From Monocercomonoides exilis PA203 (taxonomy: Eukaryota > Protista > Preaxostyla), in assembly GCA_001643675.2 (NCBI GenBank), contig LSRY02000040.1, positions 744,001-808,000 on the forward strand: a DNA stretch of 64,000 bases, given 5' to 3'. Shown here piece after piece: positions 12,726-24,368 of this stretch. Each line of letters begins with the position of its first letter. The first letter of the stretch is position 1. The position numbers were made by a program, and so were the translations under genes. Under the pieces are notes generated by a model, which was not told where the DNA came from, did no database searches, and saw only the letters and a list, made by a program, of their open reading frames with translations.

Positions 12726-14268
12726 CTCCTCTTCTTCTTCTAATCCATTTCACCCCAACCAATTCATCGACCCTTCAATGCCACATCATCTTCTTTCCCA
12801 TCAGTTCCAATTCACTCCTCCTCTTCCTTCTTCTCTTCCTTCTTCTCTTCCTTCTTCTCTTCCTCTTCATTCTTCTCTTCCTTCCAATCAACCACTTTTA
12901 TTCCAACCTGCGAAAAGAGGAGCGACCAGTGAAACTGTCTATGCCAAGCCAGCCACACGACAGCAAGTGAAGTTGCAGCAACAGAAACAACAAATAAATC
13001 AACAAATAAATCATCAAAAACAACAAAAGCAGCAGAAACAGCAGCAGCAAATGCTGGCTAATTATCCATCTTCCATTCAGATTCAGCAATCAGGGAATTC
13101 GCAAATGTTTAACTCACAAAACATTCAAAACAGGCAAAGTTATCCCAATGCAGCTAATCTGATGAATCCTCCATTTGCTGAATACCATCCTTATTTGCTT
13201 GCTGACACTCCAGTTGCTTCTCTTCCTTCTATTTCTTCTTCTTCTTCTTCTTTTCCTTCTTTTCCTCCTCTTCCGCCTTTTGCTGATGTCCCTCCTCTTT
13301 CTGCCCTCCCAATGCACCAACCATTCCAAACCCCTGTTCCTTCTCATCTCTCACGTCAACCTGCTCTTTCTGTTCCTTCTTCTTCTTCCAATTCTTCTTC
13401 CAATTCTTCCTTCCCTTCTTCTTCCTCCTCCTCCTCTTCTTCTTCTTCCTCCTCTTCCTCCTCTTCCTCCTCTTCCTCTTCTTCTCCTCGTTTTGCCACT
13501 CCCCAGCGAAGCGTTCTCCTTCCCGCGAGGCATTTCGACTCTGCTTTCCGCGACGAAAAGGGCGATTCAGTGAATCTGTCTGATTTGCGGAAGAAAGTGG
13601 CTGCACTGCAGAGAGAAGAGGCAGAAGACGAGAAGGAGGCAGAGAAGGACATGGCTGAGTGGAAGGAGCTGGAAATGAAGTGCTTCAAAGCAGACAAGAA
13701 GAAGAAGAAGAGGAAGGGGAAGATTTTGAAGAATTTGAAGAAGAAGAATGAGAAAGAAGGAAGTGAAAGAGAAGAAGAAAGTGAAGATGAAGAAGGTGAA
13801 GAAGAAGAAGAAGAAGAAGAAAGTGCAGACGAACACGATGCTTTGGTGGACTTCTACAAGACGAACGACGAAGAGGTGATCAATGCGGTGTATATGCAGA
13901 TGAAGAAGCTGCGGAAGCGCATCGACGAGCGGGAAGAGAGGCAGAGCCGGAGGAAGAAGGAGATCCACAGCTGCATCAAACAGATGAAGGCCATCACCCG
14001 CTTCACAAAGGAGTCGAATTCGCTGCTTTCTCCGTCGGAGCTGAAGGAGGCGTTCAACAGGCAGAAAACTCCGGAGTTATTCCGAATTTCTCCGGCGCCG
14101 CCGCCGTCGACGGAGAAAATCATGGGTGCGGAGCTGATGGCGCGGGTGAGGCAGATGAGGGAGATAGAAGATTTGAGGGAGAGAGAAGAGACGGAGAGGA
14201 GGATGAAGGAGAAGGAGGAGAACGAGATGAGGAAGAAGAAGAACAAGAAGAATAAAAAAGTTAAGTGA
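9775..14268 (+). CDS. 1497-aa hypothetical low-complexity protein (Glu/Lys-, Ser-, Gln/Pro-rich blocks, C-terminal coiled coil)
   Basis: Uninterrupted 4.5-kb ORF from ATG to TGA; no recognisable catalytic motif. Confidence 0.8.
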
Positions 14269-14374
14269 GGAAAATGTGAAATGAGTAAAGTTAATTTTGA
14301 GATTCATTTCATTTGATGTTTATTCATCTGTTATTGTTTCATATGATATTTCGATCTTTTGATCTTTCTCTTTC

Positions 14375-14406
<32 letters not shown>

Positions 14407-14462
14407 CTTTCTCTTTCTATTTCCACATCACCCACTTCATCTATTGTTAATTATGTGATTTT

Positions 14463-14591
<129 letters not shown>

Positions 14592-15199
14592 TTTGTTGAA
14601 ATTCGAATAAACACAACAAAATTGTGTTTTATTAACATTATATTCGATTTTAAAATAAAGAATTTTGGTTAATGAGCAAGCTTTTCTGAATAATTTCTTG
14701 AACAACCTTAAAAGATAATGATAAAGATAAAGATAAAGATAAAGATAAAAAAAAGAGAAAGAGAGAAAGAGAGATAGAGAGAAAGAGAGAAAGAGAGAAA
14801 GAGGTTGGAAAACAAAGAAACATAATCTTTTATTTGATGTATTTATTATTCTTAATTTCTGCAAGAAAAGTAACATGAAAAATGAAGTGAAGATGAAGTG
14901 ATGTTCATTTCATGCTTTTGCAATCCAATTTTGGAGCTGATTTTTTTTTTGAGATTCACATCTTCTTCTTTGATTACTCTTCGGAAATGATAAAAATATC
15001 TTCAAGTTTCATTCGATTTGAACTGTAAAATGCTGAAAAATAAATAAATAAATAAGTGAAAATGATTTTTAATAAAAAATATATGTTCAAATGAATAAAT
15101 GTTAAGAAACAAAGAAAGAAATAAAGAAAGAAATTAGAAAAAAATAAAGAAAAAGAAAAACTATCAATTAATAAACCTTTTCCCCCTTCATTTCCAATT

Positions 15200-15509
15200 T
15201 TATTTCCATGACAGCTGTATCCGCATGTACTTCCTCTGGATCTTGTTTTTCGCAATGGAAGCGCTCTGACTGTGTGATTCCTTCACTTCTCTCCACCTTC
15301 GCTCTCTTGCTTCTCCTTCCTTCGCTTCAGGAGATAGCTGAATGAGTGAGATATATGTATATATGGATATATAGAAAGATATATATATATATATAGATAT
15401 AGATATATACAGAGAAATATAGATAAAGATATATTGATATACAGATATGCATTCAATGTTAATATTAACAAATATGTTATTGCATGCAATCAAAAAGAAA
15501 TAATTGGAA

Positions 15510-15572
<63 letters not shown>

Positions 15573-15788
15573 AATACAAAATTATTTCCATGCATAAAAA
15601 GAGAATAAAGAAAAAATAGGATTGTTTTTCGAATATTTCATCTTCCATTTCAAAATTTCTCTCTCCAGTCAAAATAAAAAGTTTTAATAAAGAAAAACAG
15701 CAATTCATTCATTCATTTATTCATTCAAAAATAAACAAATAACTTCACTTTAAAAAAAATACAAATTATCACCAATACGCCCACCCAC

Positions 15789-15820
<32 letters not shown>

Positions 15821-17409
15821 CCTCTCTTCTTCTCTCCCTCTTCCTCCCTTCCTCCCTCTTCCTCCCTCCCCCCTCGCCCCCAAAATCCACTCCAATTCAT
15901 ACCTTCCCTGTCCACGCCTTCTTCTCATACATCTGCACCAGCGCACTTTCATACAGCTCTCTCTTGCTGCTTCTGTACGGAATACGCTGCTTGTAATACC
16001 TCGCCAGCTGCCTCGTTCCCAGCTGCTTCCCATTCGACAGAATAAGCTCGTTCAATGGATTTATATCAACCGGATGCACTTCTTCTTCTTCTTCCTTTCC
16101 TTCTTCTCCTCCTCCTTCTCTCTTCTTCAACGCAACTATCTGCAATTTCTCTTTTGATTCTCCATCTGTTTTCTCTTCTTCTCCTCCTCCTTCTCCTCCT
16201 TCACCTCTTTCTCCTTGTTCTCTCAGCATCTTCCGCTTCATCCTCTCCTCCTTCTTCTTCGCCATCTCCGAATAGATCCCATCCACCCCTATCGCCTCCT
16301 CTCCAAGCATCGACAGCAGCTTCTTGGTTGTCGAGAGCCTCTTCAGACTCGGATACTCAAGCTTCTTCTTCTTCTTCTTCTTCTTGTCCTTTTTATCCTT
16401 CTTGTCCTTCTTCTTGTTATCTTTCTTTTTATCCTCGTTTTCATTCTCTCTTTTTTCTTTTTTTTCGTCTTTGCCACATTCTTCATTCCCTTCTTCCTCT
16501 TCCTCTTCCTCTTCCTCATCATCCTCTTCTTCCTCCTCCTCATCATCATCTTCTTCTTCTTCTTCTTCCAATTCTTCTTCTTCATCATCTTGACTGTATC
16601 CTTTCGGGTATGTAGTTGAATAATCGTAGAAATCAGCCAATTCATCAACATCATATTCATAATAGCAATGTTGTTTTTCTTTCATATGACTCCTTGCCGC
16701 TTTAGCAGATGAAAAAGAACGGTTACACGCGATACACATATGCCCCAGATTAATCTATTGAAAAACGAAAAATATTGCAGAAGCATATAAAACATCAAAC
16801 GCAAATCACAATTTCAATCAAGACTTAAATCATATCAGCACACACTTTTTCTGCAAGATATTCAAGAAGGCCTTGCATATCTACAATGTAGTGAACATCG
16901 TCCATTTGAAAGCTATGAGCATGTACCATATGAGAAAGATTTTTTCTCAACGAAGAATTATCTTTTTGGCAAAAAAAACATCTTAAAGGATAATATTTGT
17001 ATTCAAGAGCTTCTTTTTCAATTCTTTCGTTCATTTCTTCAACAGTTTCCGCATTTTCTTCATTTTGATCTTGGCTTCTAAAATTATGTTCCATTATTTT
17101 CAAACAAAAAAACGTTTGATCTAAATTAATGTGAAGGCCTAAATAATGCAAATCAAACGCAATAACTTCTTTTTGTTTTTTCAATTCTTCTTCTTTTTCT
17201 TCTTCAAATTCGGATAAGGTTATTGGATCTTTTCCTTTCAACTTCAACAATAGATTACGTTTGTGCCAATCTGATACAAACTTTAAAAAGTAATAAATTA
17301 TAATAAACACTCAAATTCAAAATAATAATAAGAAGCACACATGAGCCTTTTGGGAGCTTGTGTCATAAAATTGCAAATGACAAGTTAAACAAGTCAATCC
17401 AGAAGACAT
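15200..17409 (-). CDS. REI1: Cytoplasmic pre-60S maturation factor REI1/ZNF622, C2H2 zinc fingers, multi-exon
   Basis: Exon 1 MSSGLTCLTCHLQFYDTSSQKAH splices across intron 17340-17281 to FVSDWHKRNLLLKL. Second finger CFFC...HMVHAHSF...GLLEYLAEK; third finger CIACNRSF...HMKEKQHC. ELILSNGKQLGTRQLARYYKQR motif. Last exon ...NKIQRKYMRIQLSWK ends in TAA at 15200. Confidence 0.92.
15515..15570. repeat. Poly(A) run (~55 nt; poly-T in the sense strand of the REI1 last intron)
   Basis: Direct reading. Lies in the unusually long (~560-bp) last intron together with (TA)n tracts. Confidence 0.9.
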
Positions 17410-17712
17410 TATTCCAGAAATTTTTTTATTCTATTTTAGATCTTTGTCTGATTCTATAAATTTTTTGTGTATTCATTAATAGAATTAATCATTAGAAGAA
17501 CCACTCAAATAAATATCTGAGCGACAGATATGCTTTCGACTTATGTTTTTTCGTCAATGACGAAAAAGACAAAAAAATATCATGAAAGAAAAAAGAATAC
17601 ACAGAATATCTTCAGCATTAACCAATATTTATAAAGAAAATATTGGCTTTTAGAATTTTTGTGATATTCAAGAGATGATGATGTTTTTTTATTTAAATAT
17701 TTTTTTATTTTA

Positions 17713-18089
17713 CAGTTTGTGGAAAAAATTCCAAACATCGCAAAAAATACCGGACAAGATCGATGTCTCAATAACCGCAAGAAGAAAAATTCTGATAATT
17801 TTCCTCAAAATATATTTCATCAATACAAACTCGAGTGACATAAAAGACTTTCAGGACAGCTTCGTTTGAGCTCAGAGAAAATTGTTTTGAAAATCTCGAA
17901 GAAATTAGATTTTGAGTTTCTCAGAGATTTTCAAAACAATTTTCTCTGAGCTCAAACGAAGCTGTCCTGAAAGTCTTTTATGTCACTCGAGTTTGTATTG
18001 ATGAAATATATTTTGAGGAAAATTATCAGAATTTTTCTTCTTGCGGTTATTTAGACATCGATCTTGTCCGGTATTTTTTGCACAAACTG
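17713..18089. mobile_element. Tc1/mariner-type palindromic MITE
   Basis: TA|CAGTTTGTG...CACAAACTG|TA termini. Arms 17740-17897 and 17924-18081 are reverse complements with only one mismatch seen; 26-bp spacer; ~19-bp extra segment in the left arm. Confidence 0.9.
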
Positions 18090-18924
18090 TATTTATTAGG
18101 CTATTTCACTGGTTTTTAATCAGACGTGAGAATCATGTTCGGAATTCTGACAAGAAAATTTCTCAAGTCACGTTAATGAAGTCAATTCTTATAAGTGCTT
18201 TTTCGAAACTTATCAAGAAAATGAAATCAGATATTTCCAAATGTTTAACATCAATTTCTTTTATTTCGGATCATCCCTTTGAAAGATTCAAAAAACAAGT
18301 CAAACCTGCTTCTGTTTGTTCTTTTCAAGCAATATTGCTAATACTTCAAAAAAAGAAATAAACGATATCTTGAAACTTTAATTCTTTGATCCTCATTTGA
18401 TAATTTGATTTAATGACACTCTTCTGTATTGTTATCTTTATGGGGGAAAATTCGGACTTTCAAGCTTTTTTTGCACAAAGAACAAAAAATTTGCTTCTCT
18501 CTAAACTTTATTTCGCTTTCTCAGATTTTGAAATAAATTTTATTTTCTGATCTGCCAACAGGCATCGTTGAAATTAAAACATAAAGTTTTGTGACATTCC
18601 GCATTTGTCAAAAAATAGAACCATTTTTATTGTGCTTTTTGATCTCAAAAAGTCAATGAAAAGTGCATAATTTTTCAATGAAAATGCCTGAAGAAAAATA
18701 TTTTGTTCCAAATTGCGAAAAATCTCAGTGCTGGAAGCGTAGTCCGTTAGTCAGAATCTTTTTTTTTCATCTGAAAAGAGCTGCAAACAGGGTGTTTTCA
18801 CCTTTATTTGTCATGATTTTGAGGTTTTTTTGTTTTTCAATGAGTGTTGTCATCTTGCCACATTGCCACATGGTTTCGTTTGTGGTAATTAACAGATGGC
18901 ACACACTTTTAACATTTGTGTATT

Positions 18925-21237
18925 TATAATTCCAATAAAAACGCATGTGTTGAGTTGATTTCCACAGAACAGTTCATGTCATATTCATCTTCTCGTCGTT
19001 TGAGGAATTGTACATGTTTTGGCTTGAGTTAATAACACCACACTTGATTTCCTCTTTAGCACATTTTCTTGTGCCTGCATCTGTCTTTTATTTCCAGTTG
19101 GAATGAGCGATCGCACTTGTATTCAACTGGTCTGAAACATAGTGCATCAGAACATCTCCATCCTTCTTTGAGTTTACTGTAATGCTCCTGACAAAACACA
19201 TCGATGACAGAGAGTGACGTTGCAATGATATCTTCCTTTGCCTCCGTTGTTGGAATAGCCCTTGTGTTGAAATTGGTGAAAACTTTGCTGATAAATTAAC
19301 AGAGAAGTTGTCCATAGAATTCATTGTCGAAAGAGTTTGCGAAATCCAAAAGGAATGTGAGATTGTTCTGATATTATGAGTTACAATCACAAACAACATA
19401 TCTTCTGTCCCCAACCTCAATCTTTACTGGGTATTTGTGATATGTCACAAATATGAAGTTGGCTTCATTCTCAGCTGTGCTTCTTGGCTGATTCTTCTCA
19501 TTGATTCTGATTGTTGAATCCGTGATTATTCTCTTCAATGCATCAAAGTTAGCTGTTCGATCATCTCTAACATTCTTCAATTCGTCGAGTACAATCAGCA
19601 TTTTCCCTTCGACGATGGAGTTGAACAGTCCTGTCAGTTCTGCAATCTCTGTGACATTTGGACACGAATATCCTTCGAACAGTTCAGCAAGTGAATTTGT
19701 CCAGACATTCTTTCCAATACCTTGCAAACCTTTGAGAACAAGTGATGTTTCTGCTTTTTTTCCAGGATTTTGAACAATTGACGAAATACAACAGAGGATG
19801 AATTGATAGAGTTCTTCGTTGTTGTTGGCGATAACTTCTCGTGTGAAATCGAGGAATGGTTTGATGATTTCGTCATTTTTTTCGTTTGACATTTTGTGTT
19901 TGAACCCATGGAACAGAGAGAATATCCGAAGGTGATCTGAGAAGAACTTTACCACATCAATCGATTGAACATGAGAGTATTGTTCAAAAGCTGTCTCAAC
20001 TGTGAGAGTCTTTTTGTCATCATGCCAGAAATTTTTTGTTTTGAACAGTTCGTTCACTGCTGATTTTGTCTTGAATGTTATTGAATAACAAGAGGAATGA
20101 ATATCAAACTCTGTCACAATGCATTCCATCCTTGATTCAACAAATCTCAGAACTTTTGTGAGATTATCAGCGACTTCAGACAGTGAGGAGTATTGTTTTC
20201 GACAAACTTTATCCCTGATTTCAGAGAACGAGAAAGATGAGTTGAGATCAATTTAAAAAACAGCAATCTCTCGTGGAGGTTCTTCCTTTTGCTCATTCTC
20301 TTTTCTGAGGAGTGGAATGATCACATCGTTGTAATATGTTGGATTCCATCTCTTGACAATCTTTTGTTGAACAAATGGATGTGATTTGTGACTTCTGTAT
20401 CTGTTTCGTTTCTCTTCATCGTAAGTGATTGCATTTGCTGTTAGAGCAGCTGTCTTTCTGATTTGATTGTGAAGGAAATCAATCGATTGGTTGTGAAAAC
20501 CCTTATGTTGACGAGAGAGTTGAGGGCTGCAAATAACGGAAAAGAGTTAACTCAGAATCAAGTGACAGAGAACATGTGTCGTTATGTATTTCAACATCTT
20601 TGAGTCCATCGACAAGAGCAAGAGCAACAGTTGGAAACATATCAACGATACTATCTTGTGTGAGAAGATTGTGTGGTTCAGCTGACATTGCAACTGATGT
20701 ATTCTCTGTTTTAAGGTCAATAACGAATATGTCAAGAACACTCTCAAGTGGAGAAAGATCTCTGAGCTCTCTGTAATTGTTGAAGGGAATGTATTTGGTG
20801 ATGATTTTCTTGCTCCCTTTCATCTCTCTGTGTGAAGAGTCAGCTTGAATAACAAGCCTTTGTTTTCCATTTCCGATACCTGCAAAAATTTCGATATCGT
20901 TTTCTGGACTTGTGAACACTTTGGCTTGTGATGAACATTTGAGGGGATAACCGCACAGCTCACAATAAATGTGAAGACCACCATGAGCTGTTTGAACAAG
21001 TCCGAAATTTCGTGGGAGTTTCTCGAATATGGAATTCCTGATGGTTTTCGTTTGTTCAGCTTGAATGGATTTGTTAATATCAACATCAACGACACAGAGA
21101 TCCTCACATTTGCTGATATTGACAGCTGTTCCAGTGTGTCATTGGTCCTGCTTCTTGTCAGAGTAATTCTTGTTATCGAACAAGTCAACAAGGTGATCTT
21201 TCATTCGTTCTCCCATAGTGTGCTGTTCTGTTGACAT
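18925..21237 (-). pseudogene. Virus/plasmid-type prim-pol (AEP) fused to D5-like superfamily-3 helicase, intronless, decayed
   Basis: Hand translation from ATG 21237: LCVVDVD (DxD), LVQTAHGGLHIYC (GGxH motif), NDIEIF. ORF 19374-20129 has Walker A LKGLQGIGKN, Walker B LIVLDELKN, then KRIITDSTIRINEKNQP and DRRYVV. In-frame TGA at 21139-21141 plus further stops and frameshifts. Confidence 0.85.
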
Positions 21238-21429
21238 TGAGTCAATTAATTGTTGGATTACGTTGTCAGAGTCTGTTTGAGGGTTTGTCATTTTATAATA
21301 ATAAAAAAAACAATTTTTTTTTAACAGATTTATTTTTGAAACGTAAATTAACGGGGAAGATGATGTTGGGGTTTATGTCGAAAATGAACGATAACAGTTT
21401 ATTTTCACATAAAATGTATTTTGCTTTCT

Positions 21430-21711
21430 TCACTCACTTTGCTCGTTGGCCCACACTATTTCTTGAATAAAATTGACCAGGTCCACCAGTTGTTTGCAAA
21501 AAGTATTAACTTTTTCCATCAACTCATCTGATAACTCATCTCTTTCGATAAGCTTTCTCCTCAATATCTCGACCAACTTCTTCTTTTTTTCAGATACATG
21601 TTCGTTGTAATACACAGTTTCTTCCTTTCGTTTTTCCTGAAACTGTTTTATTTGTTTCTGTTGAGCCGCTTTCGCTTCTTCCACAGTTGCGTATATCTTC
21701 TTCCGACCCAT
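21430..21711 (-). CDS. 93-aa small basic/coiled-coil protein upstream of the primase-helicase
   Basis: Intact intronless ORF MGRKKIYATVEEAKAAQQKQIKQFQEKRK..., co-oriented with its neighbours. A DNA-binding role is inferred only from the basic N-terminus. Confidence 0.6.
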   Translation of the reverse strand: MGRKKIYATVEEAKAAQQKQIKQFQEKRKEETVYYNEHVSEKKKKLVEILRRKLIERDELSDELMEKVNTFCKQLVDLVNFIQEIVWANEQSE

Positions 21712-22259
21712 TTACTATAAAACAAAAAACTTAATCAATTATTTTCATTTGCAATTTTCATCAACGCTCACATCAACGATTTCATCAACGTTGAACAAAT
21801 ACCTTCGACACATAACACATTCAACTTACAACACATGTTAACATTAATTCACCATCTTCGACACTTTCAGCTAATCTTTAAGCTAATTCTCCTCCTTGGA
21901 GATATGGCATATCAGCTATGGATATATCTCGATTACACCTATCAATTACTCCATCTTTATAGAACATCACTGAATAACTAATCATGATAAACCCCTAAGA
22001 GTATCAGCAATAACCCTCGATCTCTATCTTATTATCATTGCCTATTCCAACTTATTATACAAGATGATAACTACCACCAGATACACATAAATCGATAATA
22101 TTGATTGATCTTAATCGAGATGGATCTGTTGCTTATATACCATATCTCTATTATCATTTATCACCAACTTATTTTTATGTTTTAACCCTAATTTAGGAAG
22201 AGCGAAATAGTGAGAATTGTTAAAAATTATACAAAAAAGAATTAAATTTACCACAAATC

Positions 22260-24065
22260 TTTATTTATCTTGAATTTCAATGCATCTCTTCAATTTCCTC
22301 TTCGTTTGTGTCATCAAAAATAATGCAAGAGCGTTTTGGTTTGATTTTTTTTTTGAATTCAGCCATTTCATCTTTTTCGTTTTCTTCCTCTTGTTTCATA
22401 TGTTTTTCCTTCTTTTTTTCTTCATTTCTTCCTTAAAATCTTTGCCAATCGTCGAGAAGTTCTTTTTTTGTAATTAACTTTCCAAAACAATCAAAGCGTT
22501 TGCGATGGGAAGGAAGAGGGTATTTTAATGATTCCGGTTGTTTGCGAAGAACCGGACCGAACGTATTATGAAAGACTCCGCCTTGTCAAAGAAGCTTTTT
22601 AAATGACATAAAGAGTGAAAGCGGAGTGAATTGCTTGAGGAAGCACGTCGACAAGTGCTTTTCTCGAAAAAGACGATGAAGTTGATGATGGAACATTTAA
22701 TGATGAAGGAAGAGAAGTTTTGAGAGTTGCAAATACTCCTCTATCGAGTGGCTGAGACAAATGAGTATTGTGGGAGATAAATGTTATTACGTCTATGTTA
22801 TTTTCTGAGAAAGTTTTCCAAATTGTAGGATCACCGCATGAAGGATGAGAGTCGATGAAAAGAAGACATTTCTCTGTTTCTAGTGACATGCGCTTTTTTC
22901 TTTCAACGATGGAAGGGAGAAGAACTGTTTCTGCATATTTCTTGAAGTTTTGCTTGTCCATCCAGCCACTTTTGTTAGGCCAGATGTCCAGAGTTGGAGA
23001 GAGAAGAGGCTTCAGTTCGTCCGGTATTTTAACGCTTGGCCAGAGAATGATGCATGGCAATGAATAACCATCTGCAGCCACGGCAGCAACAAGTGTTGCA
23101 TTGTCCATTCTCTGCGCTTCCTTGCAGAACCCAGCGCTTTGTTAACATGGATGGATAACTTCAATATTGGAAGAAGAAGGGATACGCAATGATGACTCAT
23201 CAACGTTAAATATTAATGAAGGTGTGTAATGATTTTTTTCATGTAATTCTGTAATCATGTTATGCCAAGGCTTCATCACACTCTTGCAGGAAACAGCCAG
23301 CAGATTTATGTCTAAACTTTTTGGTTTGCTCTTCGTCAACTCAGGATGCCGCTTCAAAAACCCGTACGCCGCAGCATTTGAAACCTTGATATGTGGCTCG
23401 TTTTCGTCTTTTGTGTCTTTTAATACATTTTCCATCTAAAGAAAAAATGTTATTTAAACAATAAAAAACTTGAGCAAACCAATTCTCTTGTTTTCTTCAT
23501 TGTAAAACTGCTCCCACAAATTGAATCAATTTTAATCACATCAAGAACTGTTTTTTCCTGCTCTTTGCTGATCACCTGAGGTCTCCCTTGTTTTCCAACT
23601 TCCATTTTAACTCGCAACGCCCGAACTGCATTTTTAATGCTGCTGCCACTGAATTGCTTTGAATTGTTGGCGTCTGTGATCCTGACGAAGCGATCATACG
23701 CAATATGTGCCATTCGTTCTAGTTTATTCTTATTTTTTCAATTCCGAAAGGATAGCATCATGTGTTGGAGTCTTTCAAGCCCTTCATATCTTTTAACTTT
23801 AACAAGTGGGTGATTCTTTTTGAAAAGTCACAAATGTTTAATTTTCAATAAAATCTAAAATTTCATATAATGCTCAAATTTATGTTTGCAAATATCAAAC
23901 TTCACATTAAGTGAAATCTATATCTTGATAATGCTATTTCATATATTCAAGGAAAGTTTCGTGAATGTTAATAATAATTTGAGTAAAAAATATGAAATTT
24001 TTGATATATTTGAAAATTAAACATTTGTGACTTTTCAAAAAGAATCACCCAAGTATTTTCATCAT
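22260..24065 (-). pseudogene. pogo/Fot1-type (DDE_1, DD35D) transposase, one intron, decayed and interrupted by a MITE
   Basis: GRPQVIS and CENP-B-like HTH (AYGFLKRHPEL); catalytic IFNVDES, SGWMD, LLFIDSH, QPLDRGVF, with 35 residues between the second and third Asp. Intron ~23480-23436. In-frame stops. Start ATG 24065 is restored after removing 23808-24050. Confidence 0.9.
23808..24050. mobile_element. 243-bp MITE, GGG...CCC termini, 4-bp TSD AAGT
   Basis: ~41-bp TIR GGGTGATTCTTTTTGAAAAGTCACAAATGTTTAATTTTCAA. AAGT at 23804-23807 and 24051-24054. Removing the element and one TSD rejoins the transposase frame MMKILVKVKRYEG. Confidence 0.92.
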
Positions 24066-24110
24066 TTATTTTAAGGTTTTGATCGAATTTGACTTTTATT
24101 AAAAAAAATT

Positions 24111-24368
24111 TTGATGACTATTTTTGGAATCATAACTTTTTTCGGTGTGTTGTTTTTTCCAAGGTTGTTTGCCATTGGGAAAAGACTTTGTATTCAGTTT
24201 GAGAATTATATGACAACTGTTTTAAAAACAAATGATTTTACCGAATAAAAGATGAAAATGTTTTTTATCAGCCTTTTCTCTTTTCACTGTTCATTTGTTA
24301 ATATTCAAGAGAAATTTTTGAACCAAAAAAATATTGCAAAAAAAACATGTTTTCAAAAATAATCACCC
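24111..24368. mobile_element. Degenerate ~258-bp MITE of the GGGTGAT family
   Basis: Right end TTTCAAAAATAATCACCC, eroded left end GATGACTATTTTTGGAATCATAAC, ATTT on both flanks. Body aligns with the reverse complement of 29705-29899. Confidence 0.65.

Noticed and set aside
22181-22191. TTAACCCTAA as a piggyBac end or telomeric seed
   Set aside because: No matching opposite terminus found, and only about 1.5 telomeric units.
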